A DNA stretch of 64,000 nt. Origin: Heptranchias perlo (Eukaryota). Below are positions 11,984 through 24,953 of this stretch, piece after piece; position 1 is the first letter of the stretch, and each line of letters begins with the position of its first letter. The notes beneath the pieces were generated by a model. That model worked only from the letters and a program-made list of their open reading frames with translations, ran no database searches and had not been told where the DNA came from. The DNA lies in contig NC_090350.1 in assembly GCF_035084215.1 (NCBI RefSeq), forward strand, positions 24,552,001-24,616,000. The letters are read 5' to 3'. Both the position numbers and the translations under genes were made by a program.

Positions 11984-12274
11984 GGGGTCATTTTGACTTT
12001 TTGCAATGGTGTAAAACGGGTGATAGCGAATCAGCAGCCCGTTTTAGATCTCTCCCATTGCAGTCAATGGAATGAAAATCGGGAGAAATGTACCTGCAGC
12101 AGTGTGAAGTGCAGATACATTATTGAATGTGCAGTGTCAAAAATAATACAACTGTGCACAGAATAAATATATTTCCATTCAGCATTTTGATAATATTCGT
12201 CATAAAATAGAGAAAATCAGCTGCTGATACGCTATCACCCGTTTTATACCATCGCACAAAGTCAAGATTACCCC
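11984..12274. mobile_element. Palindromic MITE containing a captured 128-bp intronic segment
   Basis: Long inverted arms (ggggtcattttgac...aaaacgggtgatagcgaatcagcagc versus gctgctgatacgctatcacccgtttt...gtcaagattacccc). A related half-element lies at about 37872-37965. Confidence 0.85.
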
Positions 12275-12667
12275 TACTGATACCACCAGCTGTTTGCTTT
12301 TAACCTGTCCCTATGATTTTGATAGGGCTCAGTAAGAGGGACATAGTTGTTCACAATGGATGTGACAGGCATTATAGCTGAGCTGTCATGTGATTTTTAC
12401 CCTTTTTTACTGGTGCTAAAGAAGACTGTGATAGGAGGTTAATTCCACTCAAGGGATCTTTCAATATTAAAATTCTGTCACCTCTGCAGCTGCAGAGAAA
12501 TACTGATCTGTGGAATATAAATGTTCCACCGTCACCCGGGGGGAAAAGCTTGCCTCAACTCTACACAGGAGCCAGCTGTTCAGAGTGTCTGAGTAGATTG
12601 ACCATCTGGATACAGAATTCAACCACATTCACCCTGACAATAAAAAGTAATTCAGTGGAATCCTCCT

Positions 12668-13000
12668 AATGACTCAGCAAGTTTATTCAGTGAGTAGCTG
12701 AGTCATAAAGACTAGAAGGTCCCTGGTCTGTACTGAGTTAGCTGATCTCAACCTGCATGACTTTACGAGCGGTACAATTGCATTCAGTGTCCCTGAGTTA
12801 GGGAGGAGTAAATTGACCAGGATTCCAGCTCCTGATTGTTAACAAGTGACCTACCAGAAGTGTGTGGGTATCGGTGTCAAGTGAGGACAAGGTCATGCTA
12901 GGCAACTTTGGTCAAGTATCAAAGAGTGCCTGGCAGCTGTGGAGCTGTACCCAGCACCAACTTCAGTAAAGGAGAGGTGGAGGGGTGGAAGAAAATTGAC
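12668..13000 (+). mobile_element. Ancient tRNA-derived SINE-like repeat
   Basis: ctgagtcataaagactagaaggtccctggtctgtactgagttagctgatctc... is the same family as 2290-2645. Confidence 0.5.
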
Positions 13001-13866
13001 ATGAAAAAACATGACTCGGTGTATATATTTGGAAAGTACCAGTCTACAAAAATCAGCTGAAATCAATTAGAAAATAGTTCCTTATGGAGTGAAGTTGCAC
13101 TGTGCAATATTAGCATATGAATGTATTAACATGTTCTTGGTTAACATGTTCCTCCGACTGCTATTTTAATGAGGCCATTAACCTTTTAAAATTAGTGCAC
13201 TCACATTTTAATATCGCACACTGTGATTTTTTTCCTCCCATTAAAATATAGTTTTCTTTAGCTTCTTGCAATATCATCCTGAATGTATTGTGTTACTCCA
13301 CAATCTGAAAGAATCAAAGATAATCAGCAACCAGTTTATTCAGGACTTTTTCATCACTGGTGATAAGTTGCTCTCCAGCAACAACTATAGGGTTGTAAAT
13401 ATTTTGATTTCCTTTATTACTTTGGACTTTACAGGAAACATTAAAACTGTGATAGAGAAATTGCTGGAAGAGCAAAAATATAGAAAAACAAGGGTAAATT
13501 CACCAATCCCGAATCCCAGCAATGAGCTGAGCTTGAAGAGAGTGTCGGTCAGAGATGTGGCTGTTAGGAGTGTGGGTTTGGTGAATCTATTCTATAATTC
13601 CATATTCTCATTATTCATATATATTGAGCTATTTTGTCTTTGACAATACTGCTTCATTTAGGAAAAATGTATTGAAAAAAATATAAGCTCTAATATATAA
13701 GGTCAGTAAAAGACTCCAGTAAATATCATGTGGTCCTTCTTTCCCATGTTTCAACCCTTATTAGGGCTCATTAATATAAAACCCTGAGCAATGTTGACCT
13801 TCTCAGGTACTTGAAGCAATTTTGTTTGAACCTTTTGACAATTGTATTTTGACATTCTTGACCTAG

Positions 13867-13931
13867 ATCTCAGAGAAGTATGGGCTGCTTGAGGAGAGAA
13901 TTTACAAAGTTTACAAGAAGTGTATGAAAGG
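13867..13931 (+). CDS. GRHL3: GRHL3 coding exon (ISEKYGLLEERIYKVYKKCMKG)
   Basis: cttgacctag| ... |gtgagt. Matches GRHL3 ISEKYGxxEExIYKVYKKCKRG. Confidence 0.97.
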
Positions 13932-14065
13932 GTGAGTAATTGAGCAGATTTTATCTCTGTTGCCTCATTTACACTACCACATTAGTCGTAACCCCAGTGG
14001 GATGGTAAGTATACAAACTGGAGTCATAATCAGTACGGGAACTCAGTTCTTGAACTATAGGTTCA

Positions 14066-14268
14066 CTGGAATGCACTGCCTGAAAGGGTGATGGAAGCAG
14101 ATTCAATAGTAACTTTCAAAAGGGAATTGGATAAATACTTGAAGGGAAAAAAATTACAGGGCTTTGGGGAAAGAGCAGGGCAATGGGACTAATTGGATAG
14201 CTCTTTCAAAGAGCTGGCACAGGCACAATGGGCTGAGTGGCCTCCTCCTATGCCATACCTACTATGAT
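14066..14268 (+). mobile_element. CR1 LINE 3' end fragment
   Basis: tggaatgcactgcctgaaagggtg (WNALP)...ttcaaaagggaattggataaatac...tggcctcctc. Near-identical to 41547-41747. Confidence 0.85.
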
Positions 14269-14784
14269 ACCAAGCACAACTCTGAAAACAAGGTAATTGC
14301 AGTTATTGCTCGTCTCTGTGGAATGACTCCCCCTTTGGAGTGATCGCAACCATCGTGATACTACATGATTAGTAAGCTCCATGGTTTGAAAGTGATACGG
14401 CATCTTATTATTTTCAAATGGAGTTTTCCCACTGTGAGATGGTGTAAACTAAGCAGCTCTGATATTGTGAGCAATCAGTAGTTGGAGTAATTTAATTAAT
14501 GGTTTGGACTCTCATTTCAGTACAAGACCATGGCAGAGTCAGTTCACATGTGGCCTGAAAGGTTTATTCAATGACACATACATGTGCATATTTGTTGTGT
14601 TTGTACGTTTCTGGGTACATAGCTTTATTTGCATAGTTAATGGCTATGGTAATTTAGGCATGCATCTGAGGTGAATCTGCTTCCCATTTACTGTCTGAAT
14701 TTGTGCCAGTATCTAACCCAGCATTATGCAAAGTACTTACACTTGAAGTTAAATAAAAAGGTCTGGCATAGGATAATTGGTGAT

Positions 14785-15130
14785 AACTTAATAAATATGA
14801 AGGGATGGGACAGACTATTTCCAGCAATTGAGGGGCCGAGAATGAGGGGTAAAAGAAATAAGATTAAATGTAAGAGATTAAGAACAATGAGCAGCAGAAA
14901 CTTTTTTACACAGCGGGTTGTGAGGCTGTGGAATGCGCTACAAGACTTAGTAATTGAAGTGGAGACCATGTTAACATTTAAGAATAGGTTAGATGGATGA
15001 TTGAAGGAATGGTGGATAAAGGGACATGGGAATAAGGCGAGCACTAAATTACGACTACTACTTATCCGGAGGATAACACCAACACGAATTGGTGGCCAAA
15101 TGGCCTGCTTTTGTGTTGTAATTCTATGTT
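14785..15130 (+). mobile_element. Old CR1 LINE 3' fragment
   Basis: RNFFTQRVVRLWNAL...TFKNRLD CR1 ORF2 C-terminus. Confidence 0.85.
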
Positions 15131-16429
15131 AATGTTATGTTTTAATTTCCAGTCAGAAATTTTTAAAGTTCACCTCACACCATTTGTTCTTGTACTGCAG
15201 CCGGCAGAAAGCTATAGCATTCTCATACTGCTTCCTCAAGGTGGTGTCGCACTGCTTGCCAGAATTCTACCTGATTGACTTTACTCCCAAATTATACTAC
15301 ACAATTTGTGTAGCTGCAAAGCCAAAACTAGTATTCTGGGAAGGCTCACTGTAATAGTGAGGTCTGGAACTGGTCCTGGTGTTGTTTCTTTGAAATGTTT
15401 TTCACTCATTTGTCCACTGTATTTCTGGAAAGGTGTTACATTATGATTACAGTTTCAGTACCACATGGTGAATTTCAGAGTTTATGTTTGTATTTTTACT
15501 TGGAAGGTACATTTTTTAATAACGTATTTGCTAAATTCTTAAATTTGCATCTTTTTAATATGTGCTGTATTCATAGAATAACAAAGATACCACATTTTTA
15601 ACATTGAATAGGTAGAACAGCAGTGTAAATATGACTCTTAAACCTCCCTTGAGGTGTTTTGTTCAAACCTATAATAAAAATGTCAGTGTGAGAGTCAAGA
15701 TCAACATTAAAGTGAGACATGATTTGTTGGTTTAATCATTTTAGTATCAGAGCTTTGCAAAACAAAAGGGATAACAGCTGAGTAAGAGGAAATGAAGGTG
15801 CACAAATAGTTAAAAACCCTGGAATGTTTGTTCGTGACTGGATTGGAATGTGGCTATTAACTGATTTAAGAACTGATTTTGATCCTTGCTCAATGACTCA
15901 TCACAAGAACACAAACAGGTGTTCCCAGTTCATTGGCAGGAATTTTGTATTTAAATTTAGAAACAATAAATATTGTAAAGCAGTCACATTATTTTAGCCC
16001 TGATTTTCCAAACAAGTTGCAACTGGTTGTTAATCAGATAGATTTGCAACAGTTAGGGATGAGCTTCAATTCTGAGCCAAGCCAATTGGAGGAGCAAAAT
16101 TACAAGTTCAATGTGTTCTTCCTCAGAGGACAGGAAGAACTGTCTATTGTCTATGCCACCCCATTGTAACCACATCTCCTGTTGGCTCACTAAGGAGTAG
16201 CATTAGCACTGGTCAGACAGAAGATTGTGGTTTTGGCTACTTTGCTGTCTCATATAAAGGAAGTTTCATAGGGGATTAAAGGTTATTCAAAAATTAATTT
16301 GAATGTTCTCCACATGGTTCATGTGTAGGGAGAAGCTGTCCCTTGTGGAACAGTTTTATGAAGCTCAAGCATTTTGACCACAATTAGTAAGCTCTAATTG
16401 ACATTCATTTTCCATTTTCTCTCCTGCAG

Positions 16430-16544
16430 AATCTTAGTAAACATGGATGATAACATTGTGCAGCATTACTGTAACCATGCTGCATTTTTGGTGGAGATAA
16501 AGGACATAAGTGGAGGCTGTCAAATAACACTTAAAGAGGTTTAA
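16430..16544 (+). CDS. GRHL3: GRHL3 terminal coding exon (ILVNMDDNIVQHYCNHAAFLVEIKDISGGCQITLKEV*)
   Basis: ttttctctcctgcag| acceptor, phase 2, TAA at 16542-16544. The QHYxNHxAF motif is GRHL3-like (GRHL1/2 have HYSNEDTF). Synteny with STPG1 also supports GRHL3. Confidence 0.95.
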
Positions 16545-19517
16545 GGAACCTCAACATTCATGGACAAGTTCAAAGGAGCCCGGAATATAGGAACAAAACA
16601 GGAATCACCCTACCTCTCCCCCTTCTCTCCGTGTGCATGTACTATTGGCTGCTTTCAATATTTGGACCCAAGTACTTTGTGCCATCACTCTCTTCTGTAC
16701 AGATGTGAAAACTAGCTTGTTGAAGCCAAGCATGAAGAATTCAACATTACTTTATTTTTAATCTACACTTGTATTGGATGAAGTCCCCTATGTCACTGAA
16801 GCAATCTTTTTTCTCCTTTGTTTATACTACTCGGCCTGTTAAATCCTGGATGTCAAAGTACGACATGCTTTCAGCTCTGCCTGACGTAAATTCTTATTGA
16901 CCATTGGACTATATACATGGAATCACTAGCCAGTCTGTGTATGCTTCAGTGTATTTGAAAGTGTGATATTTTAGGATTATTCACCTTTTTCTGCAATTTA
17001 CATGGGTCATTTTTTTATTGCAATTTCAACCATTTTCAGATTTTCAGCAGGTTTTTCAATATTAGGTATTTACACAAGGATTGGCAAATAGATTGCTAAA
17101 AAAAACACTTGTATGGTGCTGATGAAGTATGTAGAAGAATTCATTGCTCATATCAGAAAATGAAAACTATTTTCCTCTTTGGGAGACACTGACTCCATGA
17201 TAATTCAAAAAGCATTTACCACTTCTTAAAGTATTAGTCGAAGTGTATGGTTTCAAAGTCACATCTTTCCCTGTTACACATCATGAATCTGTGACATACT
17301 TCCCTTATGCTTCAATAGAGGAACTATTCATGTGTAATGATAGTCATTTTAATGCCACAAAATGGTACCAGGATCTCCTGATATGATCAAGGATTTTGAA
17401 AATCTTAAAAACTATCAGCATACAGAGTATATGTGTGTTTTAGAATCATGGTGTGCTGGTATCATATCATGATTTGAAACATTAAAGCATTGTACTATGG
17501 ATATGTATAAAATATTGTATCATATCATAGATAAAGGGGTGACAACTCACAATGATCTAGCAGCCTCCAGTTACCAAAATATTATTCAGGTGACTAGATT
17601 TAAAATATTAATAGCTCTGTTAACTGCCTACCTTTTAAAAATCCTTTATCATGCATAGGTTCTTATTTTTATAGCAAGTATGCTCTGTGATTGTCATATG
17701 GCAAAATTAGTGAGGAAAGCAGTGTTTTCCAATGCAGCAAACTGGGAAGAGCATTGGTTCCTATTAGCTCGTTGACTTGAGCTATAACATTTTTACTGAG
17801 CTTCCAGATTTGATGTGTAGGTTGCTCACCAAACTACTTGTGGAAACATTACATTTCTATGCCTGAAGATATGGTAAACCAGAGTCATTCAAGTTTTTGT
17901 CTTTCTCTGACTGATGTACTAAACTATAACATTTTAAATGTAGCCTTCTTGGGGTATATTTTCCTCTGTTCACTAATGTTAGTGAAAACATTTACTTGAG
18001 CATAAAGTCCCAGAAATATGCTTTATACTCAGGCTGACACTTTTGCTAACATTAATGCACAAAGGCAGGAAAATATCTTGTTATGAGTTGTCTTGACTCA
18101 TTTTCAATTGACCATATTTTGATTATTAAGGGGTTTGTATATTGTGATATAGTCAGTTTGTGACATCTATTAGTATTGTGCTCAGGGTCTCCGCGCTATG
18201 AAGCATATATATGTACATATAAAGAGTAAGGCTCAAGTATGAACAGTGTGGTGACGGACATTTCATATTTTCTTTATGATTTTTTCCAAATTGCAGGCCT
18301 GGTCTCAGAAATGCGGGATATATTTTTGTTATCCCACTGTAATGAATTTGCATATCTGGATAACACTCTATATTTGTAGCTTCTTGGATGTCATAACAGA
18401 TTCCTAATGACACAATACAGAAGCTTCACTGCCAAATTCCTGTAACAATTTCAACCAAGTAAAATGTAACTTTTTTAAAGAAACTCTCTCAAGTTGATGC
18501 ATTCCTTATCTAATGAGGGAATGAAGCCTCCCCCTATGTCTATATGCCATTGCCATTGTTTCCATCTCTTGGCTGTTCACAGAGTTGCAGTTTTCAAAGT
18601 TCACATATTCTAAACAAACTTTACCTTTTAAACTTTAACTGTGAAAGAAAATGTATTTCTTTCAATCTCCGGTGTGGTGCATGAATGAGTAGAATTCTGT
18701 TCCCATCATCTTCCTACCTCCACCCCCTCTTCCTCCTTCACTTGCTTCCAATTTCAACATGAAAAAGCAATGGGTACACAGGTACAATATTTTGCTCTAT
18801 TCCACTCCAGGAAAAGATTATATAATAGGTGCAATGCAAGAGTCCATTTGTTTCATGAAGGAGGAAAAATGATTCATACTTCTAAAACCAAAAAAGCATG
18901 CCTCGAATCATGAGGTCTACTACAATGTTCAAAAACTTTTTATTTTGTTTGTCTCATTATTTAATAACACGAGCTGGTTATTTGCATCAGTGCCCATTCT
19001 GAAATTTGCTCTGGACTCTCCTCTCAGTACTAGTCACAGTGCTAGTTCCTCGCACCATGACTGGTGATAATAATTGTGTTTGGATAGGGAAATAAATAAG
19101 GGAGATAATTTCCCAAGGTAGTAGAGCAAAGTGCTGTTAATTTCTTTCTTACGCCAAAAGTCTGCACTGTTTCACCAAAGGGAACATTCTGCCCACTGAC
19201 AGAAACAATTAATGGCAATGGCAGACATCAGCAGAGAAAGCATCAGCAATTGGGAGGGTAAGGTACACAGCTGATTACCCAATAAGCCCCAGTGCCTGTG
19301 CTGCTCATGGTTTATGAGTTGGTCTTTACTTATGGGATAAACTGCATATCCTATTAGTCCTCAATGTGTCCTTTTGTATCAGATGCTGTGACTTTGTCAT
19401 TTATTGGATTGTGAATAATGTTGGAAAATGCAAATTGAACAAGTAACAAACACATTTTATTAACTGGGAAACCTTGTCAGATGACTAATAGCATTGTTTT
19501 TTAAGTTTTAAAAGTTA

Positions 19518-19523
19518 AATAAA
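19518..19523 (+). terminator. Candidate GRHL3 polyadenylation signal AATAAA (3' UTR about 3 kb)
   Basis: AATAAA followed by a GT-rich downstream tract (ggtctgttgtgttatt) at the end of a repeat-poor stretch. An alternative AATAAA lies at 19091. Confidence 0.55.
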
Positions 19524-19715
19524 AAATGTATTTTATGGTCTGTTGTGTTATTCTTACTGCACACTACAATTACATTTAAAAAGAAACTGCTTTTGATTTG
19601 TGTGGCCAGCTAGTGATGGTTTTTGAAATGCAAGTCGATGATCCATTGAATGTGCAGAGTGAAATGAGAATGCATGGACAATAGATTGCAAAGAGTAGCT
19701 TGTTCGTGAAATAAT

Positions 19716-20490
19716 GGTCAGGAAATTGTTCGTAAAATAACTTTGAACCTAATGGCACTCACCGTTATTAATGGGCAAATGGAAGAACAAGTTCCGGCGA
19801 CCACACATGCGCAGTCAAACGTGAAAATCCAGAATTTGCTCTTTCTGATTCACCGGTTATCTGAAAGCTTCTCGTTAAAGGGACCTCACCAGCTGCAATC
19901 AATGGACCAGTGCCAACTTGCTCTCCTGCCCAGCCAGACACTAACTAGTCTCATCACAAAAAGGTACGCTGAATTTTTTAAGTCTAACTTTTAACAGCGT
20001 GGTGAGTATTAATGACTGCCAAACAATCTCTATGGCACTGAAAATTAACTTTTAAAAATGTGGAGTTTCATTACCTTGATTTTAATAGATTTTGGATACT
20101 TCAAAACTTTTTTATTAAATTTAAAAATTAAGAAAACTTTATTTTTACTTTTTCTTTCTCTTTTATCGCAGTCTTTTAATCTTACCCTCTATTTTGCTTT
20201 CTCTCTCTCATAAGATAGTACATTTTTTAACCTTTATTGGGCACTTCCTGGGTTTAGTCTGCGCGGTTTGTCAATGAGTTTCACTTCCTGGTTCTCACGG
20301 CATGGCATGCTTCTAGCTGATTGGTTGAGGGGGATCCTTTCCCTGCTCACACAGCCCGGGAACAGACGCTGCTGTTTTTGAACTCAAATTTCAAGCGAGT
20401 TGCCGCCAAAATGGCGGTAATTTAATGTGTGAATTTAAATCTAATGAGCGGCGAGCACTGTTGGTTCGCTACTCAGAGCAATTTACGGGC
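19716..20490. mobile_element. Non-autonomous DNA element (family related to 59250-61863 and 21600-22110)
   Basis: Approximate inverted termini ggtcaggaaattgttc / gagcaatttacgggc. Shares taatggc(a/g)ctcaccgtta with 59284-59300. Confidence 0.55.
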
Positions 20491-21603
20491 AGTAAAAAAA
20501 TGTCACAGAAACCAAGGAGAAAACTAGATAATTTAATCCGTAGCACAACGCAAAAATCAAGCAATAACACAGAGATCTATTATTGTCTTGGTGCGCACTT
20601 TAAAATACATGATTCTGTTTAACATATACACAGTTAACGTTATTTCCCGTTGTTTAAGCTTCTTTGTTTTCACTTTTGTTGCTGTGATGTTGTAGCATTT
20701 ACCAATGGCTAGCAGTTCTACAGCTGAAGCATGTGATTTGGACAGAAGTGATACTTTACTACATGATTTAAATGGTAATAACTTTGGGATTTATTTTACT
20801 GTGTGTTACAGGAGACTATCACAGCACACACAAATTATACTCCTGTAGGTATTCATCGAAAAAAAAAACCCTTCCTTGCGACAAAGGAATTTAAACCAAT
20901 GAAACCTGCTGGCTGTTCAGTACAATGGAAGCAGTTTGTTGCAATCATTTTCAAAAGGGGAATTTTTTTCTTTCTGTCAGACATCTCCACCAGAACTCAA
21001 TGTGATTAGTTAAAGAACAAATTGTACCAAAACTTTGGTGTCTGCCAAATTAAATGATGATCCATAATCTTGAAGAGAACTTCAACTGAGCTTTGTGTCT
21101 GTACTTTACCTACAACTGATCAAAAATTCAAAATAATCACATTTAATACTGCAGCACTGGAAGTGAAAATAATACATTTTTAGAAAAAGAGGCATCTTTG
21201 GGTACAAAATAACTACTTATGGTTAGTGAAAAAATTCTGTAAGTCTTGCGAAACAGGAGTTCAAAAAGTTACAGTATCATCCAGATCATGAGTGATGTAA
21301 CCAGGCAGCAAGTGTTCCTAACTCTACACATTGCTATGGATCATTCACACTTGAGGAGAAACAGGAAAAGAATCTCCTCTACTTTTAAACCAGACTTTTT
21401 TGGCAGTTTGCACCCGACTAACCAATCTCATTAACTCACCTTGTTAACTTTAGTGCGGATTTCTGCAACTTATTTTAAAACTAGAAGCGGCTGGTAACTT
21501 GTGCAACGCGAAAAGAGAATTTTAAGTAAAATTTGCAAACTATTCAGCAACAGTTGAATTCCGCTTCAGTTTAAGGAACTAAGGATACCTAACGTTATTA
21601 CAA

Positions 21604-22110
21604 GGGGCCACATCTGGCTGGAGCGGGGCGTCATTAGTTAGACTTTTTCCTGCACCCTTCAGCTTGAATATAATTTGCACCGTAACTTGCTGGAAGTGCA
21701 GGCTGATAACAGCCCGGTGGTGAGGGCAAAGGGGCATCTGGGACCTTAGTGAACAACAGGACCAACATCTCCTTAATCAATGAGATTTAAGGATTGAGAA
21801 AGAAACAGAGGAAGGATGGAGAAGGAGGGTGAATTAGAGTCAAATCAGGTACCTAAAGAGAGGGAAAGAAAGATTGGATTAAGAGAGAGGAAAAAAAGAC
21901 AGGAGTAAAAAAAATTGAAATTTGAAATTTTTTAAATCACTAAGAATAATTTACTGCATGCCGGAATGTGACTCAACAGTTTAAATTGTGGGCCTTTCTG
22001 GGCCAGGGAGATTGATTGGCATTGCATTACCAATTATCACATCTGTTAATTATGAGCCCCAACTTTTTGCAGTGAGTTTAGTGGACAATTAATGTGCAAA
22101 TCCAGCAAGT
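21604..22110. mobile_element. Decayed non-autonomous DNA element
   Basis: Reverse-complement similarity to 61500-61760 (gggcatctgggacc...gtgaaca, ttaatcaat..gattt). Confidence 0.5.
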
Positions 22111-22257
22111 TCTGATAAATAATTTTGTTGTGACTTTATTTTAAAAGTTAAGAGATGGGACAACCCCATTCTCGTGTTGTGGCAGGGTCAGTGGGCTGTT
22201 TATCCCACCTCCCCACTTTGGGCTGATTATATTTCTAAAATGATTTAAAGTTAGAAT

Positions 22258-22454
22258 TGATATGGATGGTACTTGCATATTGTTAACTAAACACTAGATG
22301 ACTCCCATCAGGGAGTAAGCACATTGTAACATTTACACTCCAGTGTCTTCTCTTGGATTACTTTGTTATTCCTGGATGGAATATTCTAGAGGGTCTGGTT
22401 AATAAAGTAGCTAGTTATTACCACACCAGTTTGAGTGTTTATTCAAACATAACA
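22258..22454 (+). repeat. 5' LTR
   Basis: Colinear with 24954-25150, 30 mismatches in 197 nt, no indels (manual count). Confidence 0.92.
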
Positions 22455-24953
22455 ATGACTATGAGAATAAAAGATAGCGCATTGTTAAAAAGATTGAATA
22501 TTATACATCTTTGTTACTTAGCGACTGGTCTACCTGGTCACTGATTTTTTTTTAACAATGTCGGTATTAGTTGGAAAAACAGACTATCAAGTGGTGTTGA
22601 GTATGTAGAAAGATTTAATTTTTATTTTGAGGCAAATGAGCTTGCAATAGATGCCAAAAAGAGAGAGCTTTTGCTGACTAACTGTGGACCTGAAACTTAT
22701 GCATTAATTAAGAATCTGATTGCTCCTGCCCAGAATAAAGACAAAAATGCATGAGGAGTTAATCTAAGTGGTCAAAGAACACATGAGCCCGAAGCCCCTC
22801 ATTATTGCGGGACAGTCAAGTTTAACCAAAAGAGAAAAAGTGATGATGAAAATGTTTTTCAGTTTATGGCAGAGCTGAAGAAATTATCCAAAACATTTTG
22901 ACTTTGCTGGGTTTCTCAATGATGCAACAAGAAATCGCTTTATCTATGGTTTGAAGGAAACGTCAATCGGGGGGAAACTATTGGTAGAAGACAGACTCAC
23001 ATCGGCTAGAACTCTCGAAATAGCATTTGGGACGGAGAATGCTGCCAGGCATGTTAGCGAGTTACCTGCCAGAGGGTCTAACACCTCCAGAGTGAAGAGT
23101 TCCTTAACCACGGTGGAGGACTGGTAAAAAGAATCTTCATCCAGACTGATGTTTTTGTAAGAAGGTTAAATATCATAACTGCACAGAAACAGGCCATTTA
23201 TTTAAGTGTTGCTGGAAGCTAGTAGGTGTCACTAGATTGGAGGCAGGGGGAAAGAAGGCCCCAAGTTACATCATAGTGCTGTGAGGAATCAACAGAAGAA
23301 AAAAACAAAAATCCAGTGTCCATAATGTCGATTCCAACAGGGAACCTGAGGAAGAAACTGTACCACAAGGTGAGATGGATGAAGAAGGTTCGTTTTCCTG
23401 TATATTCCAGAACGGGTAAGGAGCAACACAAAATTGTCGTCTCCATCTGCATAGGAGGTATTAAATGTGAGTTTGAATTGGACCTGTGGCTGTGGTAACT
23501 ATTACATCATCAAAAGTATATGAGGAAAAGTTTAGGAAAATTGCCCTACACAAGAATAACATTTTACTCAAAACTTATTCTGGACACCCAATACCAGCCC
23601 TTGGGAAAATAAACGTCCAAGTGAAATACGAACAACAGATGAAACAATTATGTGTAAATGTAGTAAAGGCCAAAGTTCCCTCATTGATGGGCCTAGATAG
23701 GTTTCATAGCCTGAAGTTAAACTGGGCCAATATTAAGAGCACCACTCATAGATCTGTGGACATACTTATGGAAGAGCACAAGTCCTTTATTGAGTCTGAA
23801 ACTTCGTACAGCAAAGGGTATCCAGGTACAGCTTAATGTGAAGGAGAGAACAAAGCCAAAAATATTTAACCCCAGAGCAGTACCCTATGCTCAAAAGGAA
23901 AGGATATCAGTGGAATTAGATTTCACGGAGGGTGAAGGCATAATTGAGAAAACCGACTACAACTGACTGGGCAAGCCTGCTCGTGCCTGTGGTAAAACCT
24001 GAACAGAATGATTCGGAGACCATTTCACCAAAGTGAAAGCACTGAGACCAGCATCAAATAAAGACCTGATGACAGTGCAGTGTGTAGCTCCAATGAAGAA
24101 CAATGGAAATTGCTTAATCCAGAGGCCAAGAAGCAGTATAACTGGCAATTGCTCCTTAGTTTCAGTTTCATACCAGCCAGTATCCAGAAACCAGATGGTT
24201 TGCCAGTAATTAACAATGTTATTCTTGACAAGATTAACTGGACCAAACTAATGACAAGACCTTTAGGCCCTTCACAAATTTTGTCCAGAGACTCAGACTT
24301 CACACCATCCTTTGCAGATTTTGGAAGGGAGTCACAAAGTGAAGGTGTTCCTGATGATCCTGAAATACAAAAAACACAGGAACTGTTCCGAAGAATTAGA
24401 AGCACCCTGAACAAGCTCGTACCACAGATGTTTCAAAAGTAAATGAAATAGTTTCAGGAGCTGATAATTGAGATGCTTAGGAAATGGTTGTTACAGCTCC
24501 TCAGAAAACTTCAGACGATTCACCTATTCCTATGCATAACGAACCAATCATATCCCAGGAGATTGCTTGTGCTGATCGTGGTGTGGACGCTCTAGGATGG
24601 CATCCAAAGAAAGTTGTGAACCCTGACATTGTGGAAACTGAACAAGAGAAGTTGCCATTTACTGCTCCTGTTATTAGTCCCAGCTCACCCATTGTCAATC
24701 CTACTCAAAGATATCCACAAAGGTCAAGGAAACCTCCCAATTGTTTCAACAAGTGTAATGGTTTTCATTATGGTTCTAGTGTTGGCAATAACCCATCTTT
24801 CCTGCGTAATACCAGGAGAACGCTGTTTTTTTTTTAATAATGTTATTGTAAGATATAGTTGCTGAATTTCTTTACTTAATGTTTTTTAGCTCTTAACCAG
24901 GTTCATTCTTGGAGATGATTATTTTCACCTTGTAATTGTGAGGGGGGGGAAAG

